Positions 35,541-44,330 of a stretch of 64,000 nt of DNA are shown here, one piece after another (position 1 is the stretch's first letter; each line of letters begins with the position of its first letter). Source of the DNA: Gemmatimonadota bacterium (lineage in GTDB: Bacteria; Gemmatimonadota; Gemmatimonadetes; Longimicrobiales; Gaopeijiaceae); assembly GCA_034521595.1 (NCBI GenBank), contig JAXHMG010000003.1:2240001-2304000 (forward strand). Reading direction: 5' to 3'. The notes under the pieces were generated by a model. It ran no database searches, had not been told where the DNA came from, and saw nothing but the letters and a program-made list of their open reading frames with translations. Made by a program: the position numbers and the translations under genes.

Positions 35541-37509
35541 TGGCTTTCCGGGCTCGCGGGGGAATGGTCAGGCCGGCCCCGATATCGAAAAGCGGCGGGA
35601 TCCGGGTCGGCACCCGGCCCGAGATCTCGAACTGCCCGAACAGCGCCCGCGCCGCGGCCCGTTGACTGACCTCCGCGTTGCTCCACCCCAACATGTACGC
35701 CTGCGCATCCGGAAAATCTCGAATCAGGTATGGATTCCCGAACGACACGACAACGTGGGGCACGCCCGCGTCGCCGAGCCGTCCGATGAAATCCGCCAGC
35801 TCTTCCGGAATGGCGACCGAGCCCTGGTACGATACGGCGGTCACGTACGTGCTCACGACGACGAGCGCGCTCTCGCCGACCTCACGCCACAGGGCTTCGT
35901 ACCGTTCCTTCCGCGAATCACGCTCGACCTCGAACGTCGACAGCCGCGGATAGACGGAACGGAGCTGCCGGTCGAAGGTGCGTCCCGCGAGGATGTCACT
36001 GGACCGGCGATACGTGACCGAGAGCACGCGAGCCGAACGCGTGCCACGCAAGGGCAGGAGGTTGCGATCGTTCTTCAGCACCGTGATGGAGCGTTCCGCG
36101 ATGTGCTCGGCGAGTCCCGTGTGCTCCGGGATCCCGACCGTGTGCTTGAGGCCGTCCAGCGGCACCGTCCGCAACGTGTCCAGACCGAGCGAAGCCTTCG
36201 TCGCGAGCAATCGGCGTACCGACCGGTCGATCCGGGATTCGGGGATGCGCCCGCTCTCCACGGCCTCCACGATTCCGTCGATCGCAGCCGGAACGGAAGC
36301 CGGCATCAGAATGACGTCGGCTCCCGCTTCCACGGCGCGCACGGCGGCTTCCGCGGCGGTGCGCCCACGAGCGATCGCGCTCATGTCCATGGCATCCGTG
36401 AAGACGAGGCCATCGAAGCCCATCTCGTCTCGGAGCAGCGTGTCCAAGACGTAGGGCGAGAGCGTGGCCGGGTCGCGGTTGCCGCCGTTGAGCCCCGGTA
36501 CGGAGATATGCGCCGTCATGACGGCCCCCATGCCCGCATCCATCGCGGCCCGGAACGGCCGGAGCTCGACCGAGTCCATGCGGGCGCGGTCATGGTTGAT
36601 GACGGGCAACGCCATGTGGGAGTCGACGTCGGTGTCGCCGTGGCCCGGAAAGTGCTTGCCCGTGGCGATCGCCCCGTGATCCTGGACGCCCGCGACGAAC
36701 GCCGAGCCCATGCGCGACACGTCGGCGGGGTCCTCTCCGAACGCCCGAACGTTGATGATCGGGTTCTCCGGATTGTTGTTGACGTCGAGGACCGGAGCGA
36801 ACGGAACGTGGATGCCCACCGCCCGCGCTTCGACCGCGGTCACCCGCCCCATCTGGTAGGCCAGTCGTGGGCTCCCCGTGGCGCCGACGGCCATGAGCGA
36901 CGGAAAGTCCGTGGCTCCGCCGAGATCGATGTTCCCGGGAGTGTGGACCGCACCTCGCATCCGGAAGCCGGCACCGGTCTCCAGATCCGCCGCCACGAGG
37001 AGCGGAACACGCGCGTGCTCCTGGAGGTCGTTCAGCTTGGCCGCGACCTCCGTCGGCGATCCCACCGACATGATCACACCACCGATGTGGTGATCTTCGA
37101 TCATGCGCACGATCCGCTCGTGGCTGCGGGAGCCCGCCGGAGCGTAGTCGCCCAGCACCCACGGCATCATGAGCTGCCCGACCTTCTCCCTCAGGGTGAA
37201 CGAAGCGAGCGTGGCTTCGGACCAGGGGAGCGAGGCCGCATTCTCGGGCACCGCCCCTCCTTCCCCTCCCGTTGCGGAAGGCGGAGGCGCCGAGCTCGGA
37301 GACCCACCGGTCGCGGACCGGCCCGGAGCGTCCGTCCCGGGTGCCTCGGCCGCATCCGTGGCCGCCTCTTCGCCCTGGGAGGCCTCCGGCTCCACCTTAC
37401 CCCCGATGAATGGAATGCCACCGCCACATGCCGGGATCAGGGAGATCAGAGCCAGCGCCCAGGCGAGCCGCCCTGGGGATCCGAACGTTCTTGAAAGAGA
37501 GCTGCGCAT
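35530..37509 (-). CDS. GH3 beta-N-acetylglucosaminidase (NagZ-like); lipoprotein
   Basis: Lipobox IPAC; APVLDVNNNPENP, KHFPGHGDTDVDSH, TDAMDM, SFGNPY. Confidence 0.9.
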   Translation of the reverse strand: MRSSLSRTFGSPGRLAWALALISLIPACGGGIPFIGGKVEPEASQGEEAATDAAEAPGTDAPGRSATGGSPSSAPPPSATGGEGGAVPENAASLPWSEATLASFTLREKVGQLMMPWVLGDYAPAGSRSHERIVRMIEDHHIGGVIMSVGSPTEVAAKLNDLQEHARVPLLVAADLETGAGFRMRGAVHTPGNIDLGGATDFPSLMAVGATGSPRLAYQMGRVTAVEARAVGIHVPFAPVLDVNNNPENPIINVRAFGEDPADVSRMGSAFVAGVQDHGAIATGKHFPGHGDTDVDSHMALPVINHDRARMDSVELRPFRAAMDAGMGAVMTAHISVPGLNGGNRDPATLSPYVLDTLLRDEMGFDGLVFTDAMDMSAIARGRTAAEAAVRAVEAGADVILMPASVPAAIDGIVEAVESGRIPESRIDRSVRRLLATKASLGLDTLRTVPLDGLKHTVGIPEHTGLAEHIAERSITVLKNDRNLLPLRGTRSARVLSVTYRRSSDILAGRTFDRQLRSVYPRLSTFEVERDSRKERYEALWREVGESALVVVSTYVTAVSYQGSVAIPEELADFIGRLGDAGVPHVVVSFGNPYLIRDFPDAQAYMLGWSNAEVSQRAAARALFGQFEISGRVPTRIPPLFDIGAGLTIPPRARKASDS

Positions 37510-37657
37510 GAAGGCGGGAGCCTCGGAGAAGTTCGTTGACGGCTTCCCCCGGCGACACGATGCTTGCCTCATGATTCGGATGACTCAAGAGGGGTCGCCC
37601 CGTGGCGTCGAGGAACGCGCGAAAGTTACGTGGCCCCATACCCCGTCACAATCACGT

Positions 37658-38932
37658 GTGTTCGCGCGCCGAACCTCTGTCCCGGCCTTGCTGGTCTGCG
37701 CGGCCTGTTTCGGAACGCCTCCGGAAGGGGCCGGTGACGAGGACTCCCGAGCGGCACCCGGGGTCGAGGCTCGCGCGGCCGCGGAGGTGGTGCGACCGGG
37801 CGTCGATGTCCTCCTCGACGACTCGCTGCACCTGGTCCGCGAGCGTGCGGTCGGTCTGATCACGAACCACACCGGCCTCGACCGGATGGGCCGCTCGTCG
37901 ATCGACCGGCTCGCCGACCGTCCGGACATCGACCTCGTCGCCCTGTTCTCACCGGAGCACGGCATCGAGGGACGGACCGAAGCGGGGGAATCGGTGACCA
38001 GTCGCACGGACGCGCGCACCGGCCTCCCGATCCACTCCCTCTACGGCGACACCCGACGGCCGAGCGCCGATATGCTCGAAGGCATCGACGTGCTTCTCTT
38101 CGACCTCCAGGACGTGGGGGCTCGTTACTACACCTACGTCTATACGATGGCGTACGCGATGGAGGAGGCCGGCCGGCACGACATCCCCTTCGTCGTGCTC
38201 GACCGCCCGAACCCGATCGGGGGCGAAGCCGTGCAGGGAAACGTCCTCGACCCGGATTTCAGCACGTTCGTAGGGCTCTATCCAATTCCCATGCGACACG
38301 GGATGACTCCCGCCGAGCTCGCACGTCTGTACGTCGGCGAGTTCGGGATCGACGTGGATCTCGGGATCGTGCCCGTGGCGGGCCTCACCCGCTCGATGAC
38401 GTTCGATCGCACCGACCTTCCCTGGGTCCCCCCGTCGCCGAACATGCCGTCCCTGGAAAGCGCCCTCGCCTATCCGGGCACGTGCTTGTTCGAAGGGACG
38501 CCCCTCTCGGTGGGCCGCGGCACGGAGCGGGCGTTCCAGTGGGTCGGGGCCCCCTGGCTCGACGGTGAAGCGCTCGCGGAGCGGCTCAACGCATACGAGT
38601 TCGAAGACGCTCGCTTCGAGGCCACCTCGTTCACCCCCGACGGCCCGGGAGACGGGAAGTTCGACGGTGTCGAAGTGCACGGCGTGCGCGTCGTCCCGGA
38701 AGATCCGTCGTTCGACGCCCCGAAAATCGGCGTCGCGATGATCCTCGAGGCGCGCCGCATGTCGGGCGACGACTGGGAATGGAACGTGGCCCACTTCGAC
38801 CGCCTCGCGGGCACGGATGCGCTGCGCCGGGGGATCGAAGCCGGGCACGACCTGGAAGAGCTGACCCGCGACTGGACCGAACAGCTACGTGCGTTCGAGG
38901 AAGTCCGGAGCCGTTACCTGATTTATCCGTAG
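37658..38932 (+). CDS. Exo-beta-N-acetylmuramidase NamZ (DUF1343); start approximate
   Basis: GLITNHTG, LFSPEHG, SLYG, FDLQDVGARYYTY, LDRPNP, RHGMT, PSPNMP, SVGRGT. Confidence 0.92.
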   Translation: MFARRTSVPALLVCAACFGTPPEGAGDEDSRAAPGVEARAAAEVVRPGVDVLLDDSLHLVRERAVGLITNHTGLDRMGRSSIDRLADRPDIDLVALFSPEHGIEGRTEAGESVTSRTDARTGLPIHSLYGDTRRPSADMLEGIDVLLFDLQDVGARYYTYVYTMAYAMEEAGRHDIPFVVLDRPNPIGGEAVQGNVLDPDFSTFVGLYPIPMRHGMTPAELARLYVGEFGIDVDLGIVPVAGLTRSMTFDRTDLPWVPPSPNMPSLESALAYPGTCLFEGTPLSVGRGTERAFQWVGAPWLDGEALAERLNAYEFEDARFEATSFTPDGPGDGKFDGVEVHGVRVVPEDPSFDAPKIGVAMILEARRMSGDDWEWNVAHFDRLAGTDALRRGIEAGHDLEELTRDWTEQLRAFEEVRSRYLIYP

Positions 38933-39023
38933 GCCCTTCGGGTCGAACCGACAGCGCGCACCCCCGGAGAGATGGCCTTCGCGTACTTTCTGGCGCACGC
39001 GGGCCAAGACTTCTGGCCCACGC

Positions 39024-40259
39024 TCAACCTGCCCAACCCCAGAGCAGCCGACCCACCACCGCTCCACCGAGCACCAGCCACACCGTGTTGGTCCGGAAGC
39101 GCACGACCAGGAACGCGGCCGTCAACGCGATGACCCAGGCGGGCCACGACGTGAGCACGCCCGCCCCGAGCTCGATGGTGACCGCGACCATCAACGCGAG
39201 CGCCGCGACGTTCACGGCATCGAGGAACGCGGCCATCCACGCCGACCGGCGGAGCTTGGGGATGAGCGGATTCAGGAGGAGCACGAAGAAGAACGAAGGG
39301 AGAAAGATGCCCAGCGTGGCCACCGCCGCACCCGGCGCCCCGTCGAGCACGTAGCCGACGAACGTCGCGGTCGACAGGACCGGTCCCGGGGTGAACTGTC
39401 CGATCGCGATCGCGTCCAGGAGCTCGGCCTGCGTCAGCCAGCCGTAGCCGGCAACCAAGTCCCCTTCGAGGAACGCGACGAGCACGTAGCCGCTCCCGTA
39501 CAGGATGGCTCCGACCTTGAGAAAGAACAGGAACACCTTCACCAGCGACACGCTGGTCGCGGCGCCGGCTCCGCCCGCCAGCCCGGCCGTGGCGGCCCCC
39601 AACGTCCCGGCCTTCAGGATCCCACCACTGCTCCCGGCTCCTGCTACCTCCGCGGAGGGCAGGAACAGGATCGGCGCGTAGCGTTCCGCCGTTCCCGCAC
39701 CGCCGCCGCGTGAGGCGCGGAACCAGAGCATCCCCAGGACTCCACCGAGCAGCAGGCCCGGGATCTCTCCGAGTCCGGCCAGCAGAAGGACGACCACCGC
39801 CGCCCCCAACACCGCGAAGCGCCAGTCCCTCACCGCCGAACGCCCGAGACGCCAGACCGCGCCGAGGATCACCGCGATCACGGCGGGCTTGATGCCGTAG
39901 AGGAACGGCTCCACCCGAGGCAGGGTCCCGTAGGCGACGTAGAGCCATCCGAAGGAGCCGGTGATGAGCACGGCCGGCAGGATGAAGCAGCTTCCGGCGG
40001 TCAGGAGTCCCGCCCAACCGGCTCGCTCATAGCCGACGTGCATCGTCATCTCGGTCGAGTTCGGACCGGGAATGAGATTGGTCGCCCCCACCAAGTCCAG
40101 GAAGTGCTGTCGCGACATCCACTTCCGCCGCATGACCACCTCGTCCTCGAGCATGGCGATGTGGGCCGCCGGTCCTCCGAAGGCGATCACGCCGAGCTTC
40201 AGGAAGAGGCGCGCGAGCTCGCCCAGTCGGCCACGGCCGTCTCGCTCCCCCGGGGACAT
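39024..40259 (-). CDS. chrA: Chromate efflux transporter (CHR family)
   Basis: FLKLGVIAFGGPAAHI, IPGPNS, GAILYGSGY, GQFTPGP. Confidence 0.93.
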   Translation of the reverse strand: MSPGERDGRGRLGELARLFLKLGVIAFGGPAAHIAMLEDEVVMRRKWMSRQHFLDLVGATNLIPGPNSTEMTMHVGYERAGWAGLLTAGSCFILPAVLITGSFGWLYVAYGTLPRVEPFLYGIKPAVIAVILGAVWRLGRSAVRDWRFAVLGAAVVVLLLAGLGEIPGLLLGGVLGMLWFRASRGGGAGTAERYAPILFLPSAEVAGAGSSGGILKAGTLGAATAGLAGGAGAATSVSLVKVFLFFLKVGAILYGSGYVLVAFLEGDLVAGYGWLTQAELLDAIAIGQFTPGPVLSTATFVGYVLDGAPGAAVATLGIFLPSFFFVLLLNPLIPKLRRSAWMAAFLDAVNVAALALMVAVTIELGAGVLTSWPAWVIALTAAFLVVRFRTNTVWLVLGGAVVGRLLWGWAG

Positions 40260-40262
40260 CGA

Positions 40263-40787
40263 TTACGAGCCCGGGTGCCCGCTCTCGTCACCCGTAGTGG
40301 GCCCCACGGGCGGGGTTCTCCTGCGGAGCACCGCGTCGACCGACCACGGGCCGCTCCCCGCCACGACCAGGAACAGCGATCCGAGCAGCATGGACCAATC
40401 CGTCCGCATCTCGTGGGCCATGCTGAAGAGGCCGTAGGTCGAGAGCTCCCGGACCGGGAACGGTCCGAAGCCCTGACCGAACAGGATCGGAATCTTCGTC
40501 GTGACGATAGCGACCATCATGATGACGAGGGTCGGAATCGCCGCGACCCTGGTGAGCAGACCGACCAAAAGCATGGCGCCACACACGACCTCGAACACGC
40601 CGACGAAGGCCGCCGTGAAATCCGGCCACGGAAACCCCATCGACTCGAAGCGCCCCGGTCCGCGGCTCCCCGGATACACGAACTTCTGGATCCCCTCGGC
40701 GAGGAAGACGGCACCGACCATCACCCGAATCAAGGGCGTGGCTCCGTGTGCGGCGTGTGGATCGCTGGCAAGGACATGCGCTCTCAT
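40263..40787 (-). CDS. DoxX family membrane protein
   Basis: LIRVMVGAVFLAEGIQKF, EVVCGAMLLVGLLTR, GSGPWSVD. Confidence 0.9.
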   Translation of the reverse strand: MRAHVLASDPHAAHGATPLIRVMVGAVFLAEGIQKFVYPGSRGPGRFESMGFPWPDFTAAFVGVFEVVCGAMLLVGLLTRVAAIPTLVIMMVAIVTTKIPILFGQGFGPFPVRELSTYGLFSMAHEMRTDWSMLLGSLFLVVAGSGPWSVDAVLRRRTPPVGPTTGDESGHPGS

Positions 40788-40795
40788 GGCGGCTC

Positions 40796-41851
40796 CTACT
40801 CTGACACGGGCTGTTGAGGAGGCGTGTCATCGGAGCGCCGGCCGAACCGGAACTCCGCGAACCGGTCGGGGCGAAAAACCTCTCCGTCGAACACGCGTCC
40901 GAGGCGGCGCTCGAATTCCGGGAGGTCCGTGAGCGGGACCGGCTCTGCATCCCGCTCAACCGGTCGGAAAAAGTCCTCCCAGTGCCCGAGCAGCACGCGG
41001 CGGGGACGGAGGTTGGCGACCACGGCCTCGGGATGCCAGGGCACCTCTTCGAACGTGGCTGGAACGAGCACGGCTACGTCGACCGGCCGCTCGTCCACGA
41101 GCTCCTCGGGCGCGAAGCCGAGCGGGGGCGGGGCGACGGCGTCCTGGTAGTAGATCCTGAACGCCACGTCACCGTCGTCGGACAAAAAGTCGACGAGGAA
41201 CGCGTACGTCGCCCCATCCAGCCATTCCGACGCCCGTCGTGGGGGCTCCTCGAGCGGGGTGTCGACGGTGCCACGGTAGAGCGTGAGACCGTCGAAGTGC
41301 GGGCCGTGCATGCTCCGGAGCGGCATGATGCGCACGCGGTCCCCATACGAAAGCCAGCGTCCGACGGTCTCTTCGTCACCGGCGGCGTCCTCCAAGAGGT
41401 CCACGCGGCCGGCGAGACCCGACCAGGTCCCCAGGGTGTTCCGCACCGTACGACTCCCGAGGATCCGAGCGTCCGGGGCGTGCGCGGCGGCCACGCGCGG
41501 CACGTCCATGAGGTGATCGTAGTGCGCGTGCCCGACAAGGATCGCCTTCGCTTCGGCTACGTCGTAGGCGCTCATGTACCGGTCCACGAGGGCGGTGTCC
41601 GACTCGATGTCCGCCAGTCCGGTTCGCAGTAAACCGGGATTGGAGAAGAGTGGCCCGGCGATCACCTGCGCACCCCGGTATTCCATGATCCAACCCCCGG
41701 TGCCGAGGTAGACCATCCGCAGCCCTTCCGTGGGGCGAGGACCACGCTCGACAATCCCCGTGACCGGCCCCTCCAGCGCCCCCCCGCACGCGAGGGTCGC
41801 GCCGACGAGGAGCATCGTGAGCGACGCGACCAGAAGACACGAGCGCCGCAC
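40796..41851 (-). CDS. MBL-fold metallo-hydrolase; lipoprotein
   Basis: Lipobox TLAC; YLGTGG, GHAHYDHLMD, GHWEDFF. Confidence 0.8.
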   Translation of the reverse strand: MRRSCLLVASLTMLLVGATLACGGALEGPVTGIVERGPRPTEGLRMVYLGTGGWIMEYRGAQVIAGPLFSNPGLLRTGLADIESDTALVDRYMSAYDVAEAKAILVGHAHYDHLMDVPRVAAAHAPDARILGSRTVRNTLGTWSGLAGRVDLLEDAAGDEETVGRWLSYGDRVRIMPLRSMHGPHFDGLTLYRGTVDTPLEEPPRRASEWLDGATYAFLVDFLSDDGDVAFRIYYQDAVAPPPLGFAPEELVDERPVDVAVLVPATFEEVPWHPEAVVANLRPRRVLLGHWEDFFRPVERDAEPVPLTDLPEFERRLGRVFDGEVFRPDRFAEFRFGRRSDDTPPQQPVSE

Positions 41852-41878
41852 CGCCGTCTCCGCCTTCGTCCTCGGCTC

Positions 41879-42754
41879 TCAGCGCGCGGGCGCGCGCGCC
41901 TCGTCCTTGGTCCGCTCGGCACGGGCGAGAAACGCGTCGGACAGCCTCCGCGTGGTCGGCCCCACGGCCCCGTCGCCAACCGGCTTCCCGTCGACCTCGA
42001 CGCACGGCCGGACCTCGCCGGTCGTACCCGTGAAAAAGAGCTCGTCCGCGTCGCGCAACTCCTCGACCGCGATCGCTCGCTCCTCGACTTCGATCCCCTC
42101 CTCGCCCGCGAGCTCGAGCACCACGGCCCGGGTGATGCCGGGAAGAATCTGGTTGGTCTTGGGGTGCGTCACCACGCGCTCACCGAACACGGCCCAGAAG
42201 TTCTGGTGCGCTCCCTCGAGCGCCACGCCGTCCCGAACCAGGATGGCGTCGTCGACGCCGGCGTCCTTGGCCGCCTGATACGCCAGGACGTTCGGGAGTA
42301 AGCTGATCGTCTTGATGTCGACTCGGCTCCAGCGGCGGTCGGGCACGGTGATGGCCCGGAAGCCGCGCGACCACACCTCTTCGGCCGGGCGGCTCCAGGA
42401 CGCGGCGTACGCGTAGACCGTCGGCTCCACCGGCTCGGAAGGGAAGTAGTGCGTGCGCGGCGCCGCCCCTCGGGTGACCTGGAGGTAGACCAGCGACCGG
42501 CGCGCGTCGCCCAGCCCGTTTCGGCCGATGAGCTCGCGGTGCACCGCGTCGAGGCCCGAAACGTCGAACGGAATTCGCATCCACTCGAGACCGCGACGCA
42601 GCCGGTCCAGGTGGCGGTCCAGCGCGAACGGCACCCCTCCGTAAAACGGCGTGACCTCGTAGACGCCGTCGCTCAGCAGGAATCCCCGGTCGTCGACCGA
42701 GACGTGAGCATCGGGCTTTGGAAGAAATTCGCCGTTCAGATAGACAGTGGTCAT
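41879..42754 (-). CDS. Class IV PLP aminotransferase (D-amino-acid transaminase-like)
   Basis: VYLNGEF, DRGFLLSDGVYEV, YLQVTRG, DIKTISLLPN, ILPGITR; start MTTVY. Confidence 0.9.
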   Translation of the reverse strand: MTTVYLNGEFLPKPDAHVSVDDRGFLLSDGVYEVTPFYGGVPFALDRHLDRLRRGLEWMRIPFDVSGLDAVHRELIGRNGLGDARRSLVYLQVTRGAAPRTHYFPSEPVEPTVYAYAASWSRPAEEVWSRGFRAITVPDRRWSRVDIKTISLLPNVLAYQAAKDAGVDDAILVRDGVALEGAHQNFWAVFGERVVTHPKTNQILPGITRAVVLELAGEEGIEVEERAIAVEELRDADELFFTGTTGEVRPCVEVDGKPVGDGAVGPTTRRLSDAFLARAERTKDEARAPAR

Positions 42755-42867
42755 GTTTCGACGTCCCGGTGAGTGCGCGTCCCTCGCCAAAGATGCCACC
42801 GCGGGCCATCGAGGAAAGGGGGCGACGGACGGGGGCCGGGCGCATCCTCCGGTCCCTGAAAGCCCCG

Positions 42868-43722
42868 TCAGGACTCCGAGTGCCGCTCTTCGAGCCGATC
42901 GAATTCCGACAGCAGCTCCGCCTCCGGAATTTCGGAGTCGGCGTCGGTTTCGTCCTCTTCGAGCTCCGCGTCCTTCACCACCTCTTCGGCTTCGCCGCCC
43001 GACCCTAGCTGACGCCGTTCCTCGTCCTCGCTCGACCCGGCGATCAGCCCCATCTCCTGCTTGAGCTGGAGCAGTTGATCGTCCACGCCGGCGCCCCCGG
43101 GACCCGCTTCGAGTCTCGTGAACTCCGACTCCAGGGTATCCCCCTGGAGCGCTTCCGTGACTTCGGCCTGCGCCACGCTCCGTCGTTCCTGATCGTCGAT
43201 CTTGTCGGCCATCCGGTTGAAGGCTTCGAACGCGGACGTGTCGGAGAGACCGGACATGGTTTCGTGAATCCGCCGCTGCGCCTGCGCCCTCTTCTGCTTC
43301 GCGACGAGCAGATTCCGTTTGCGCTTGGCCTCCTCGATCTTGTCGTTGAGCTGCCGAAGCGAGTCCTTGAGCTTCTGGGTCTCCGCGGCTTGCGTTTCCC
43401 ACGTCTGCTGCAGCTTCTGCGCCCGGTCCGCGTGCTCCTTCTGGCGTACCAGGGCCTGTTTGGCCAGGTCGTCCCGCTCTTCCTTGACGGCCAGCATGGC
43501 ACGGTGCTGCCAATCCCGTGCCTGCTTCGTCTCCGCGTCGAGCTGCGACTTGAGCTTTCGCTCGTCAGCGATGGCGGACGCGACCTCGCGCTTCGCATTG
43601 GCGAGCTGGTCACGCATGTCCAAGATGATCTGGTTCAACATCTTTTCGGGATTTTCGGCCCGGGAGATCAGCTCGTTGATGTTCGACTTGATCACCGTCG
43701 ATAGCTTCTGAAAGATCCCCAT
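42868..43722 (-). CDS. pspA: PspA/IM30 family protein
   Basis: MGIFQKLSTVIKSNIN...AENPEKMLNQ; coiled coil; AFEAFNRM. Confidence 0.93.
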   Translation of the reverse strand: MGIFQKLSTVIKSNINELISRAENPEKMLNQIILDMRDQLANAKREVASAIADERKLKSQLDAETKQARDWQHRAMLAVKEERDDLAKQALVRQKEHADRAQKLQQTWETQAAETQKLKDSLRQLNDKIEEAKRKRNLLVAKQKRAQAQRRIHETMSGLSDTSAFEAFNRMADKIDDQERRSVAQAEVTEALQGDTLESEFTRLEAGPGGAGVDDQLLQLKQEMGLIAGSSEDEERRQLGSGGEAEEVVKDAELEEDETDADSEIPEAELLSEFDRLEERHSES

Positions 43723-43725
43723 CGG

Positions 43726-44127
43726 TTATTCCTCCGCCCCCACGCCGGCCAGGGACCGGATCTTTTCCATGTGGCTCGCGGCCGCGAGTTCGATCGACTC
43801 CATGGACGCCTGCAACTCGTGAAGGTCGAGGGTCTCGAGCTCGAGCGTATCACTCAGGATCAGCTCTCCGTCCTCGATGCCGTACGCGCCGTGGATCACG
43901 TCCGTGGCGTTCAGCTCCAGGAGCATCCGGTACAGCCCCGCCTCGGACGGGCCGTGCTCGGGCATGTCCATCACCTTCAACCGTATGAGCAGCAGATCGT
44001 CCGCATAGTGGACCACCATCGGGAGCCCACTGTTCCGGCCCTGGACGAGATACATCCCCTGGTCGACCTCCTCCCAGTCGAGATCCATGCGGATCAGGAA
44101 GCTCTCGACATCCTCGATGGTTACCAT
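43726..44127 (-). CDS. YbjN / CesT-like chaperone-fold protein
   Basis: Acidic ~133 aa protein, LYRMLLELNATDVIHGAYGI, DTLELETLD; directly upstream of pspA. Confidence 0.75.
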   Translation of the reverse strand: MVTIEDVESFLIRMDLDWEEVDQGMYLVQGRNSGLPMVVHYADDLLLIRLKVMDMPEHGPSEAGLYRMLLELNATDVIHGAYGIEDGELILSDTLELETLDLHELQASMESIELAAASHMEKIRSLAGVGAEE

Positions 44128-44166
44128 GTGCACTCCGTTGGCTGTATCCGCTCGTGTGATCCACCC

Positions 44167-44194
44167 TTACGCGTCCGCCGCGACCGAAGTTTCC
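44167..44194 (-). promoter_or_regulatory. ECF (SigW-like) promoter of ybjN-pspA
   Basis: Minus strand GGAAAC, N17, CGTAA. Confidence 0.55.
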
Positions 44195-44330
44195 GTTACT
44201 TCGCCCGCGACCGCTCCGAAGGTAAAGGGTGGCGGCGACCCACGCACGATCTCCACGCGGACCTTACATTGCGACATCACGTTACGAGTTGCCATTCCCG
44301 AACCAATCGGCCCCACCGCGGAGCTGCCCG

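Noticed and set aside
37169-37657. Long N-terminal extension of NamZ
   Set aside because: It overlaps the divergent GH3 gene; the signal-like segment begins near 37658.
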